Source: Octopus sinensis (taxonomy: Eukaryota). From it: a stretch of DNA of 64,000 bases. The notes under the pieces are model-generated. The model was not told the origin of the DNA, searched no databases, and was given only the letters and a program-made list of their open reading frames with translations. The first letter of the stretch is position 1; every line of letters starts with the position of its first letter. Shown here one piece after another: positions 36,953 to 49,950 of this stretch. The stretch lies in NCBI RefSeq assembly GCF_006345805.1, contig NC_042998.1, forward strand, positions 66,216,001 through 66,280,000, given 5' to 3'. A program made the translations under genes and the position numbers.

Positions 36953-38718
36953 GTGGTATGCATTAAAGATGTCCCCTGATCCTCTTACCAGGTCTAGGAT
37001 AAACAAATCTAGGCTTAATTATTTGTCCTTCTCTACATAGCCACCACCTATGGTGACACACTTCTCTCAACGTTTATGCATCTGTGAAGACCTCGTCTAT
37101 AGATGTCGGTATGTTGCGTCTGGAGCCAAAACTTTACCTCGGAAATAAGTTCATCATTATCCGAAAATGGCTTCCCCTTCATAAAAGATTTCGTTTTCGG
37201 AAAGAGATATATGTCAGGTGGTTCGAGATGACGAGAGTAAGGGGGTGATAAAGGATTTCATAGCCGCAGGAGTGTTCTTTCATCTGGGCAACATGCGCAT
37301 TGTGAACTGGGGCGTTGTCTTGGAAGAGGCAGACTCCTTTGGCCAGCATGCCACACCTGTTTGCTTTCATGGCGCCCCGCATTTTCTGCAACAGAGGAGC
37401 ATAATATGGACCATTACACGTCGTGTCCTTTACAAGAAAATCCATCACCACTACTTCGCACTGGTCCCAAAAGACTGTGAGCTCACCTTGCCTACTAAAT
37501 GTTAAACATGAGCTTTCTTTGGAACTTGTGAGTTATCCTGCTTCCATTGCTTCGACTGGACTTTAGCTTCAGAATCATAGTGATAGAGACATGATTCATC
37601 CTGTGGTAAATCTTCCCAAAAAGCCCTCCTCGTTTTCTCGGTATATTTGGAAATATGCCTGGGACTTATTGACTCGTTCCTACTTCTCAAAATGTGTGAG
37701 CATCAGGGGTATTCGTCGTGCAGATAACGTCTGCATGTGTAACTGGTCGCGAATGATTTTTTTTTCACAGACCCTACACTTATCTTTATTTCTTGGACTA
37801 ATTACCGAATAGTTCTGCGATCCTCTGAAATGGCGGTTTCCACTTTAAGGATGGTGTCGTCATCAATGGCGGAATGTGGTCGTCCAAGAATAGTATTTTC
37901 GATCACATTCGAACTGGCGATGCCGTGGCTTAACTAAGTCGACTGATGGTGCATCGTCACTGTAAACTTCCTTCATCTTATCATAAGTCTAGATTTGTTT
38001 ACGACCATTCAAGTATTGGGTTGTCCGGAAAGTTCGTGCCGATTTTTAAAGGAAAGAAAAAGATCAATAAATATTTGTCATTACATTTTGTTGCACAATG
38101 CGCCTTCATCTCTCTTTTAACTTGAAAATACCATCTTCCCAGACATGAGGTGGTTTCATGGCATCAAGGTATTTTTTACGTCATTCAAGGAATAGATTTT
38201 TTTACCATTAAGAGTATTCTGCAGAGACCTGAGTAAGTGGAAATTGGAAGGAGCAATATCTGGTGAATATGGAGGGTGGGGTAACACATACCATCCGAGC
38301 TGCAGCAATTTTTGTCTGGTTCCCAAAGCATCAAGTACCGAAAATGAACTTTCTTATCTTCCATTTTAAAGGGTTAAAGAATTAACACATGTTATAGGAA
38401 CATAAAACTTCTTCCCCGAAAAGATAGCTTCAACTGTGCTCTAAATGGAGGTGTAGTCAAATCCTATTTTATGGACTCAACCATGTTCAAACATAAGTTG
38501 GAATGTAAGCTCCTATAAATCGGCACGAACTTTCCGGACAACCTAACATAAGAATCTGCCGCCATTATATCACCTTAGTCCAGTTCAGCAGCCGTAAAAG
38601 ACAAATAAAGCTGCAATTTACAATGTGACATGTAGAGACATGTATAATTATGCTTGTACAAGTTCCGTTTCCTGCAATAACCGGAAGTTAGTCAGAGAAA
38701 TCTTGAATGAACATCCAA
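36953..38718 (-). mobile_element. Degenerate near-full-length mariner, interrupted by a nested mariner
   Basis: RFL/YLNGRK..YDKMKEVYSDDAPS, DESCLYHYDSEAKVQSKQWK, QDNAPVH, with imperfect TIRs at both ends. Confidence 0.88.
38016..38546 (-). mobile_element. Internally deleted mariner nested in the host mariner ORF
   Basis: Near-perfect 30-bp TIRs TTGGGTTGTCCGGAAAGTTCGTGCCGATTT and AAATCGGCACGAACTTTCCGGACAACCTAA, flanked by TA and CA. Internal MEDKKVHFRY is joined to LGWYVLPHPPYSPDIAPSNFHL. Confidence 0.93.
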
Positions 38719-38802
38719 TGCGCGCGTGTGTGTATGCATGTACGTAGAGATATGTGTGTGTGTCCGTGTGTGTGTTTAGATATACAAATAGTTAGATAAA
38801 AG

Positions 38803-38863
<61 letters not shown>

Positions 38864-38967
38864 AGACGAAGATAGGTAGATAGATTAGTAGCTACGTAGC
38901 AAAATAGAGCTAAGTAGCTAGATGGAGACAAACATTGACTGATAGACAGGAAGATAGACAGACAAGC

Positions 38968-39038
<71 letters not shown>

Positions 39039-39093
39039 CAGACAGACGGACTGACGGACAGACAGACAGACATAAAGACAGACAGATAGATAT
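38803..39093. repeat. (GATA)n/(GACA)n array on one flank of the Tx1-like LINE
   Basis: Direct reading. (GATA)n resumes at 42765-42834. Confidence 0.95.
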
Positions 39094-39451
39094 GTTTCTT
39101 TATTAGCCACACAGGGCTGCACACAGATAGAACAAATTACAAGGTAGAGCTTTTCTTTTGGGGGTAAAAAAAAGGGAGTGGTGGTTTTCGATCAAAAGGG
39201 ATCGTAAAAGGAAAGAAAGAGGACAAAAAAGGGGGGGTAAAAAAAAGGGGGGAAAAGCAAAAAAAAATGAATAATAGGGATCGTTATCACAGAAATGTCA
39301 ATATGAAGTGTAAAGGGAAGGACAGGTGAGGTTTACCCGTGGAAAGAAAAGCCTACGGAAAAGACCACGGTAACCTCGGTCAATGAAGTCACATGTTATA
39401 TTTCTTCTTTTTTTTTGCAAATAAGCAACTCTCTGTATTAATTTTTACGGT

Positions 39452-41453
39452 TCATAGAATCATAGTCAGTAGTGGCTCAAGATTCAATACGTATAGAAGC
39501 GCCGAGAGGGGGCATCCCTGACGGACCGAACGTGCAATGTCGAATGGTCTCGATAGATGTCCATTTACGCGAATTACCGAACGGATGCCTCTGTACAAGG
39601 CAGCTATCCAGCCGCGGAAGACGGGACCGAAACCAGCCGCTCTGAGGACTGCCTCCAAGTATCGATGGTCTACCCTATCAAAGGCTTTCGATTGATCCAA
39701 GTTGATCAGGGCCCCACCTATGCCAGGTTCGTTAACTACCCTGTCTATGATGTAGCGCATCAGATGGAGGTTGTCATGGATGCTCCGGCCCGGCACGGCG
39801 CACGTTTGTGCGTTGTCGACCAGTTTCTCGATGACAAGCGCCAACCTCTTGGCTAACACCTTTGTCAAAATTTTCAGGTCTGCATTGAGCAGCGTGATTG
39901 GTCTAAAGTTATCTATAATGTTTCCCTTGTTTGGATCTTTCTTCAGCAGAGTTACAGCTCCTCGACTCACAAAACCGGGTATGCTCCCGTTTTGCTGCCA
40001 GTTGCAGTATACCGCTGCCAAGACGTCTCCAAACAAGTCTGGCATACAATTGTAAAACTCGTAGGGTAGACCATCCAAACCCGGTGATTTGTCCCTCGAG
40101 CATTCTGCTATCGCTTCCTGCACTTCCGCCGCCGTGATGGCACCTTCGCAGCACCCTGCCTTTCTTGTCGAGAGTCGTGGCAGGCTATGTAGGTAGGCAC
40201 TGAAGTCCACCCTACGTTCTTGCCCTCCACTCGTCCCGAACAGTCGGGCAAAATGCTGCTGAAAGGCCTCACACATTTTACTTCGCTCGAGCAATTGGCG
40301 CCCCTGTTCATCTACCAGTGACCGAATGGTGGCTTTGTTGCCCTGTTGCGCCTCTGCCACCCGGGCCTCTCTCGCGGCTCCAACACCTTCGTTCCTTAGA
40401 GCACGCATCCTAGCTCTGACAGCACATCCTTCGTGTTTGGCGTTGAAGTGTTGGTCGAGGGCCAACCTCGCCGCCAAAACGTCGGATGCGATGCCGCTTC
40501 TAATTGCCTCTTCTAGCTTCTTAACTAGCTCACCCTCTACTCTATTTCTATCTATGGCTAGTGCTTTGCTGTACCTAATCGCTTCTGCTTTTACTGCTCT
40601 CTTGAGGGCAAACCACCATTTGTTGTTGATGATGGCTCCCGTCAAAGCCCTCTTTACTAGTGTGCTAATCCGGTCTCTGAAAACTTGTCTGGACGGGAAT
40701 GATGCGTTCAGTTTCCAGTACCCAGGGCCCTGTCTATGTGCCTTATCTAAGTCTAGCGTACACGTCACCAATTTGTGATCGTGTAGCTGACTGTGTGGAA
40801 TTGTGGACATCCTAAGTTATCCTTGTCTACTGTCCTACACAGTATCCTATCTAGATACGATCTCGACGACCCACTGCGGTTGCTCCATGTCCACGTTGGT
40901 GCATTTGGGTGGTCGAGTCGGTACCTGTCAGACAGTTGGAATCGTCTGAGCAGGTCTCTGAGGCATTTGCATCCCCTTCTGTTTCTGTCTCTACCCACGT
41001 AGTCTACATGCGTGTCCAAGGTAGCATTCCAATCCCCCACTAAGAGTAAAGGACGAGACGTTCCCAAGAATACTTCTAGACGTCGAAAGAAATCCGCCCG
41101 ACCTGTTAAGGGCGGTGCGTAGACTGATACGAGTCGAAAAGCGCACCCATTGCTGCGGTCAACATCCAGAACGACCAGTCTACCCTCCGGGTCTACGAAT
41201 ATCGTCTTGACTTCGAGATCCAGGCTCTTGTGAAAAAGTACCGCGGTGCCACTACTGCCCATCCTCGGCAGAGAGGGAGCGAAATAAATGTTTAAATGTC
41301 CGCCAAACATGGACTTTAGGGCCGTGGCTCGTGGAGTCTGGTCTCACTTATGGCTATGATTCCCAAATCATGTGACTTGATGTCATTTAGGAGGTATCCT
41401 TGTTTCCAAGGAGACCCCAAGTCACGCGCATTCACACAACCAATCTTGACCAT
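39452..41453 (-). pseudogene. ORF2: APE endonuclease plus partial reverse transcriptase, frameshifted
   Basis: Starts MVKIGCVNARDL..IIAISET; GRLVVLDV, VYAP, GDWN, TWSN..SRSYLDRI, GPGYWKLN, KSPGLDGLPYEFY, FRPITLLNADLKILTKVLA, LDQSKAFDRVDH, VRQGCPLS. It stops before the YADD motif. Confidence 0.93.
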
Positions 41454-41459
41454 GATTCT

Positions 41460-42745
41460 ATTGGGGTGTGTGCTTTAAAAACACAAAAATGAAAGTACAG
41501 AGAGTTACTTACTTGTGTCGAAAGTTTTGGCTTCCTCGTTCTTTGATGTGTCTTCGAGGAGGTTTTTATACAGTTTTTGGGACAGATATTTCTGGAAACC
41601 CCTACAGCATTTGGGAAGAGGGCTTTGAGTTTGTGGTGTGTTGTGTTTGTGTGTGATGTGTAGTAGTTGATGTGTTTGGGTGGTGTAGTGCGTGGATGAT
41701 TGCTATTTTTAAAGTCATCTTCACAAAGTTTGTGTATCCTGTGATGTACTCCATTAGTTTGGAGTCTTGGTGTCTATCGCTGATAGCATTGTTTTTGTGG
41801 TGTTGGTGCTTGTTTTGTTGTGTATGGAGTTTTCAGGGTTCAGGTATCTCCCTGCTTTGGGTGCGATTTCTTGTTTGGTTTTTCTTGATCTTTTTCTTTT
41901 ACCCCCTGTGGCTATTTGCCATTCTGTCGAACTTTCATCGTTAGATGAAAAGTCTGACGAATCAGCAGGGGGCAAGGGTAAAGCGTCTGGGGTGTGTTTG
42001 TGCGGTTGTAGATATTGTTGTGGTGCGCGGGGAGGGTGTTGCTGGGGGGTTTGTTGTGGTTATTGTCTCTCCTACATCCTTGGTGCTTGTCTTTCTTCGT
42101 TGTTATTCTTGGGTGGAATTGGTTTATTTGTTGTTGTGGTGGTGGTGATGATCTGTTCTTGGCGCTGGTGTTGGTGTTGTTTGGTTGGGTTGGCTTGTTC
42201 TTTGTTGTTTTCTTGCATTCCGCATACAGCTTCTTGACTAGCTGTCCATATTGTGGTGTGGGCAATAATGCTGGCTTTTGTGATTTTTCTGTGGCTGTGT
42301 TGTTGTAATTTTGCGGCAGATTTGCACTTCTTTTTGAGGTGGCCTCACTGCCACATGTATAGCATCGTGGCCTTCTGCCCTCGACTACTACGTATAACTT
42401 GCGGCCATCCTCAAGATGTACGTGGGTGGGGATTTTATTGATGTCGTCTTGACTTATGGGAAGAGGAACTCTATTCTTTCCCAGCCAGTCCTTGTTTCGA
42501 AACACCGATATCTAGGATGTTTAAGTCCTCCATTTCGGATGTTAAGGCGGATGTTATCCACAGTGTTGTAGTCACTTGGGAGACACCACTGATAATGACC
42601 TTCGTCACCTTCTGGCCGAGGTAACTCGGTGTCATCGTTAGTTCATCAGAATGAAGGGTTATCGTTGAGAATTTCTTCGCCAACTCTTCATTCTGAAAAA
42701 CTACCTGTACGTGGGCGAACTTGTTCGCCCAAGTCACATAATCCT
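41460..42745 (-). pseudogene. ORF1 (gag-like) remnant with CCHC knuckle
   Basis: LYVVVEGRRPRCYTCGS plus GHLKKKC (frameshifted). Upstream RRM-like segment and downstream low-complexity P/T/N region. Confidence 0.8.
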
Positions 42746-42764
42746 TGTATCCCCAGATGGGGTG

Positions 42765-42834
<70 letters not shown>

Positions 42835-43445
42835 TGTGCGTGGGCGTGGGTGACTGTGTGTGTGTGTCTGTTTGTGTGTCTGTGTGTGTATCTTTGTATG
42901 TGTGTGAATGAGTGTGTGAAATTGTATGTATGCGTGTATGTAATACAGAGAAGTAATCACTAACAATTTATGTATCTAAAACGTTAAAGTGGATCAAAAT
43001 GAAAGCTTCTCTCGGACTTTAAGTTGACAGGATTTGATCACAGAACTAATATTTAGATATTGGAGAGAAGCGATTGATATTTATTATTTCTTTTTTCATA
43101 TATAAGCAAATCAAATCTATAAGATAACACGTAAAAGTGATTTTATTGCTAAAATGCCTTTCATCAAAGGAAAGTAGTTGTGTAAAATACGCAATAGATA
43201 CAAAGTTAATATTTGGAGTGTCTACTTCAACTTTCAAGAACTTCATTCATTCTCATTTACAGTACAAAATACAAGTGTTCGCTCCAAAACAGATTCATTT
43301 CAAAGTACATGCATGTTTCATGATGTTTTCAATTTTTTAGAAGTCCAGTAGAATTGCGAACAGACACTTTAGCTTAGAATATCAAATCATCCCTCTCTTT
43401 GACGAAGATCGCTTTCCTAAAGTGAAATCATTGAAAATATTATAT

Positions 43446-43517
<72 letters not shown>

Positions 43518-43531
43518 TAGATAGATAGATA

Positions 43532-43890
43532 GGTGCAGGAGTGGCTGTGTGGCAAGTAGCTTGCTTACCAACCACTTGGTTGCGGGTTCATTCCCACTGC
43601 GTGGCACCTTGGGCAAGTGTCTTCTACTATAGTCTCGGGCCGACCAAAGCCTTGAGTGGATTTGATAGATGGAAACTGAAAGAAGCCCGTCGTATATATG
43701 TATATATATATGTGTGTGTGTGTGTGTGTGCTTATGAGATTGTTCCCCCAACATCCCCGTAACTTAGCGGTTCGGGGAAAGAGAGCGATATAATAAGTAC
43801 TAGGCTTACAAAGATTAAGTCCTGGGGGTCTATTTGGTCGACTAAAGACGGTGCTCCATCATGGCTACAGTCAAATTACTGAGACAAGAG
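43532..43890 (+). mobile_element. tRNA-derived SINE with internal TA/TG microsatellite
   Basis: A-box TGGCTGTGTGG, B-box GGTTCATTCCC, CORE-like ACCTTGGGCAAGT and 3' half TAACTTAGCGGTTCGG...AAGTACTAGGCTTACAAAG. Confidence 0.85.
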
Positions 43891-44089
43891 TATATATATA
43901 GGAAGGTGACTCAAGGTCCGAGAGTATCGTGGGTTAGAAATACCAACGCACGAAACTCACGGTCTTTGGACATTTTAGAAATAGAATGAGGACACAATGT
44001 GTAAATAAGAAACGGAAAAAGAAATTAAAGACAAAAGTTAGGTCGTCTTTGACTGTAGAAATAATAAGACAATATATTTATTGTTAGAA

Positions 44090-44270
44090 ATGCAGTGAAG
44101 TGACAGAATCGATCGCACGCCGGAGAAAATGCTTAGCGAAAATTCGTCTGAGTAGAAAGTCCACTGAGTTTGACTTTCCCCTTTGTGTCGATGCTATAAG
44201 TACCAGCTGGATACGTTGGAAGATTTAATGAACTTAGCCTCTGGTCTTGTGGCAAAATTTAGAGCCAATG
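44090..44270 (+). mobile_element. Degenerate Nin-domain SINE
   Basis: GACAGAATCG..CGCACGCCGGAGAAAATGCTTAGCG...GACTTTCCC...AAGTACCAG. Confidence 0.6.
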
Positions 44271-44347
44271 TTTATTGTTAGAATTTAAATGCGTCATTTA
44301 AATTGTGACTATGTAGTATATCTTAGATGTCTCATCAGTGTCATATG

Positions 44348-44381
<34 letters not shown>

Positions 44382-44756
44382 AATATTATTTCCTCTAGCA
44401 GTCACAAAATTCAAAGCTGAATTGCATTATGGTAAAATTGCATTTCACAGTGTCAACTTCGGCGACAAATAATTTAATAATTAAGAAAATTTTCTTACCT
44501 GTATGCGAAAATTTCAGGAGTAGAATGTCAGAATTGAATTAGCTAATATATTTTATAGTTCCGCCTGTACCGAATTCAGGTATTTGACATTATTAATCTC
44601 TGTATGTAATTCATTTTTAGAAAAGAGAGCTTCATGTCGCTATGGCATGATGGAGAATATTGCGGTTTTACTCACTCTGAAATGAGAAACGTGTATAAAA
44701 TGAGGTAATTAAAAAACGTCGACATACACGCTATTACGTGATCATTAATGCCTGTG

Positions 44757-45057
44757 AAGGCTGGTGGCTTAGTGAGTGGAGTATTTGGCTCATAATCATA
44801 AAGTCACGAGATCGTTTCCCGGCGGCACGTTGAGTCCTTGCGCACAAAAATTTATTTCACGTTGCACCAGTTCACTCAGTTGGTAAAAATAAGTAGTACC
44901 TATAATTCAAACGGCCAGCCTTGCAAAATCCTGTTATGCTAAATTTCCATGAGAACTATGTTAAGGGTACACATGTCTGTTGAACGCTCGGTCATTTGCA
45001 CGTTAATTTGACGAGCAGGCACAACTAGAACCGACATTGTCGTAAGTAATGTAATGC
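44757..45057 (+). mobile_element. Degenerate tRNA-derived SINE of a third family
   Basis: A-box TGGCTTAGTG, B-box-like GATCGTTTCCC, central GTCCTTG...TTTATTTCACGTTGCACCAGTTCACTCAG. Confidence 0.6.
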
Positions 45058-48000
45058 TAAATTTTGTCTCTTTTATATTTTTATTTATTGAGTTTCATAT
45101 TCAATGTATCACGTATTTTACACTAGACGCAGTACAAAATATGTTCCTGCAGGATTCTTCCTGCTGCGTTGGTGGATGCGTTTAATAGTCACTCTTTGCA
45201 TCGTGTAGAGAAAAGGGAAAAGAGAATAAAATTGGGATACATAAGAGGTGGAGGAGGAGTGGAAATACAAGACGCAGTCTCAGACAGGTTGTAAAATGAG
45301 TGCTGTACACACAGTGAAAGAGTAAAAAAGATATAAATAAAGGAGGATGAGGGTAAGTAAATTACTACGTAGTTATGGGTGGAGTTATGCAAATGAAAAA
45401 TTTATTTTATTTGATTATATTTTTTTGAGGTGATATCTATGTTTCTTTTGCATATTAGGTGATGAATATTTCGCCATTTCGTATAATATCTTCCCACTTG
45501 AACGTTGATGCTCTATTATCAAACTTTACGATAATAATTACCGTAAGAAACTCTCTCAGGTTGGCTTTTGGTACAAAATGCACGCTTGTTTCTTTATATA
45601 GCAAGTGGGGAGACAAATCCCCGCCATCTCCACGAGACCACGTGATTTTTATTTTCCCTGATCGTGTTAATGATGGACGCTCCCTACCGATGAAATATAG
45701 AAAATAACAGCCAGATCAGGATCTGGTGTTGTGATTTGTCGCTTAGCTTGTTGAGAGAAAGTGTTAACACTAAGAGGTAGTTAACATGAGAAAATCTCTC
45801 ATATTGTCTTTTGGTGCAAAATATTGCTAACGGGGAGATAATTTCCCGCTATCTCCCACGCCGAGACCACCAAATCACATGAATTCTACCTTCAATGCTT
45901 TTTGTATAATCATCAAGAACTCTCAGAAAATTCGGATTGTAATTATTTTATGTAGGACATAAACCTTGATATTGCCCGCGATGGCAAAAATATGCTTCAA
46001 AACTTAACCGACATTTGACAAGAAACACTTGATTATTCTAATAATCTTTTCCCTACTGAATAGTTTGTGGTAAATAACAATTTGAATAAGCTAATTTGCT
46101 AAATTATACGTTTCAATTATTTCACAATATTTGGCAATTTGAAAAAGTAAATAAATTCTTGCATTCGCAGAATAATAAATGTTGTAGTACTGAAAGTAGA
46201 TTTCTTATAGTTTTAGTCTACTCAATCATTTGAATTCAAGATCGGTCCTTAGGTGTTGACACGACAGTGTGATTTGAACGGAGATTGAGACGAGATATAA
46301 TGGACATCATCAAATGATATAATGAATCTCTCCACAATTTCTGTCACACTCTTTTAACTAATGAGGTCAAGTGGTGTAGTATTCCACAAATTCGCTGACA
46401 GCTTCAATAGATTCAGTCAGCTCCTAGACTTGCCCGCTATATTAGTTTCTCGTTCGCATGAGGATGAAAGAAAATTTTGAATGCGAAACCATTTGAAGTC
46501 AACGCATAAAAGTCAATAATAGCATATCACAAGTCTTTTAGTTAGGCGCTCTACCAGACTGGTTTTCCACCGTCATCTCCTGAAATAATTAATAACAACA
46601 AAGAATACATGAAATATTTAACAGTAAACTGTCGTCGTGGTAATCATAATGAAAATAAATCCTATTATGAAATATAACAGTTATCTTCATGGCTAATGCG
46701 ATACACAGGAATGATATGAACCCATTCTAGGTCTGACATCGCCATAGATATTAATGTATCATTAGCTTTCGTTTTAGCCATCATATACATAATGAATGAT
46801 ATGTTTGTTCTCGAATGTTCAGTGGTTAAATGCAATACTATTGAGCATTTAAAAATTCTTCATTGAGATATAATAATACTAAGATAAGACAAAGGAAATA
46901 ATATCGCCACGTATGTATCTCCTCTGTCAAGTACCGATAATGGTAAATATTTTGTAGAATGTTGCAGTTGTCATCTAAAGCCAAAGTATTGGCGTTACTG
47001 TAACGTGTTCTCCAGTATTTGAAGTAAAGAATCAAATGTTTAAAATTTCATAGCACAAACGGAATATTTATGAGTCATTAAACATTCTGCAACACTTGTG
47101 GATGATTAATTTTAGTCATACCGGAATTCGAAAAAGAGAGAATGAAAGTGTGATGAAGAGATGAAATGATTTGCATCTGCTATCATTTTGACCGTAGGAA
47201 TACTGAAGTGAGAAACAGGATATACAAGAACATGATTTGGTAGGGCAATGCATTGATTTTATTCCAACATAATTCTAACATAGGCTATTTTATCACGCTG
47301 CAATATGGAAATGACCGAAACCTAATTAATAGCAGTTCACACAAAGGTCAGATAATGCATATGATAATAAATCAGGTACTTTCAAAGTGCCTAAATTATA
47401 TTCCATATTCTTCAATAGTCTAATATTTTTGAGTTCAATTGCAATCAATATATTCCTTTACACTGCTAAAGTCAAGGAAATAAACATCAACAATATATAT
47501 TAAATCAATTCACGGATCGCATAGTCAAACCATACATTTGACGGTACAATTTTACTTTGTAAATGTATTCGGTAACGGGTCAGGTATATTGATTTCTTTC
47601 AAACCGAACATGGTTATTACGTTTGGAAAATGATCGAAAGTCAGAACATACAATTTCTATAAATCTATATACGCTTGTCCCAATAAAGTATTCTTATTAA
47701 TTAGGGAGGCAGTCAGATAGCATGTGGATAAGTTTTATATCGAATGTCTTTGATCTTTGTAGTAAACCACTGATATTTGTTACTAAATTTGGCAAACGGC
47801 CACAAATAGATGTCCAATATTTGGTCGTTTAGATTGAAGGTGGTAAAACCCTGAACTATGTAATAATGAAATTTAGGTTTTGTTTCCGAGTTGAATTAAT
47901 GATGCTGCTGCTATGTGGCGTTCGTTTTACACCAAGAATAGAGATACGTCGTCGTCCCTTGAAGTCGCCAAAAGTTTATACCTAGTTTTACAATACTCGA

Positions 48001-48118
48001 TAATGATTTCAAAATATCGATTTATCCTATACTCACACTGTACAGCTATATATGTGTGAGTGTCGGTCTGCGTGTGCTCATGCATATAATTCTACATATG
48101 CATCATTACTTACCTATA

Positions 48119-48176
<58 letters not shown>

Positions 48177-48482
48177 ATATATATTTACATGTATATATAT
48201 ATATATACATGTATGTATGTGCATTAAAACGAAGATAGACAGAGAGGTGGAGAGTGATACAAATATACACACATGTACCCTTTTAGTTATCTATCGATCC
48301 AAGCATGCTTAAATATATACACATATATGTACATGCATACATGCACGCATACATTCATACGTACCGTACACACATACATACATGCATACATACATACATG
48401 CATACATACATACATACATTCTTACATAGATACATACATGCATGCATATATACATACATACATACATACATACATACATACA

Positions 48483-49035
48483 TGGAGGCTGCCCCCTCGT
48501 TATCAAGTATGACCATTGCGCGAAGCTTCATCAATGTTGTTATCGTGCAATGCCTGTGCAAGAAGATTTTTTTAAATTGAGGAAAGGCTGTGCACTGAGT
48601 CAATCCAACTCACTAAGCAACAGCAGCCATAATCCGAAAAGATGAGCAAGTCAACATCATCGGTAACCACTGAGCCGCAGGTTTTATCTCAGAGTTATCC
48701 CAGTTACCTGAGTTACCTTCTCCTAGAAGGATGCCCTAACAAAGGCTAGGAGTCCTTCACTCCCAATATTTTAACCGCGAGATCGGGTATTCAGTCCGAT
48801 TATTTCTATGTCCCCGCGCATGATATAGCCTTAAGACAATTATTGGATGGCCATTGACTCTCAAGAGTTCCTCCGCCCTTTGACGGGTTTTGTTTTTCAT
48901 CCCGCAGGGTGTCTAATAAACACCCTCCTCACCAAGCAAGCTTGGTGGGGTTGCCGGTTTAGTCGCCGACGACCCGACCATGCAACAGGTTGTACTGGGT
49001 TACATGTTACCAGTAGCACTTGAAAGTGACCTGAC
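48483..49035 (-). mobile_element. Non-autonomous RTE-like element (5' UTR-like sequence plus 3' tail) ending in (TATG)n
   Basis: Minus strand contains CTAGCCTTTGTTAGGGCATCCTTCTAGGAGAAGGTAACTC, which resembles RTE 5' UTR motifs. No ORF; the tail runs into (CATA)n. Confidence 0.6.
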
Positions 49036-49057
49036 ATACATACATACATACATACAG

Positions 49058-49445
49058 AGAGGCAAATGTAACATCATAGAGGTCAGTTGCCCTGCCAATA
49101 CAAATATCTCTTTGAAAATCAAAGAAAAAGAGGACATCTATGGGCAACAGCTTGGAAACGTTCAGCTTCTAAATCCAGACTATGAAATCATATTCATACC
49201 AATAATAATTGGAGCTCAAGGCGTTGTTAGTAAATGCTTAGAGGAGAATCTGGACAAACTGGGATTTCAGAAAGAGAAATCGACCGGCTAATTCGTATAT
49301 TATAAGCGCAATGTGTGAGAGGAACAATAAAGGTATGCAAGATTTTTCTCATGTTCCAGAAATGAATTTGCCTGAGTTAATTACATCCAAAAGATAGAGC
49401 TTTGTATCTTTGTTGGAAACCGGCTCCCTCCTTAGAGGAAAATTC
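49058..49445 (+). pseudogene. RLE C-terminal fragment of an R2-group LINE plus 3' UTR
   Basis: CNIIEVSCPANTNI..K.KEK...Y..........IFIPIIIGAQG.VSKCLEENLDKLGF. Confidence 0.8.
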
Positions 49446-49479
49446 ATAATAATTAAAACATAGCAGAGACATACATACG

Positions 49480-49950
49480 TGGGATAACCTACAGAACAAA
49501 GAAATAAGAACCATAGCCACTCATAATAAAAAAGGAATACTGGTGGAATGCAATTAAATGTAAATATAATAGACCTGACGTAGTAATTTGGGATAAAGAA
49601 GAGACTGTAGCACGCTGCCTAAATATCATTGATGAGAAATTAGATACATACATTCATACATATATAATATAACATAACATAATATAAAACTGAAGATCAG
49701 ATAAAATAAGGACACCTATGCTGAACTATTGAGAAATCTGCAGTTCCTCCTTCTAGGTTTATACTTGTAATTCAGGTTCATACCTGTAATTATTAGGTCC
49801 CTGAGATATGTAACACACTCCCTAAATACCAGTCTTGAGAAATTATGCTCCGCAAAACAGAAAGGAGAAAACTAATTTGAAGGCTACAAACCCAATCCAT
49901 CATTGGAATTGTAAAAATCTGTAAAATTTACCAGGGGTTTTCCATTTAAA
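49480..49950 (+). pseudogene. Second, more decayed RLE fragment
   Basis: EYWWN..KCKYNRPDVVIWDKEE ... DTYAELLRNLQFL ... FIPVII..L.YVT..L.T.LEKL. Confidence 0.7.

Larger units (their letters stand above)
39095..42764 (-). mobile_element. L1-clade (Tx1-like) LINE, 5'-truncated and internally deleted
   Basis: ORF1 with zinc knuckle, ORF2 with APE endonuclease plus N-terminal RT, and a 3' UTR ending AATAAAGAAA. (GATA)n lies on both sides. Confidence 0.92.

Noticed and set aside
39557-42441. Plus-strand ORFs overlapping the LINE
   Set aside because: They are antisense shadows of the GC-richer LINE ORF1 and ORF2.
43912-43970. Half-hammerhead GTGGGTT...AACGCAC-GAAACTCACGGTC
   Set aside because: Stems II and III and the GUC triplet look right, but there is no CUGANGA strand. 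Unresolved without homologues.
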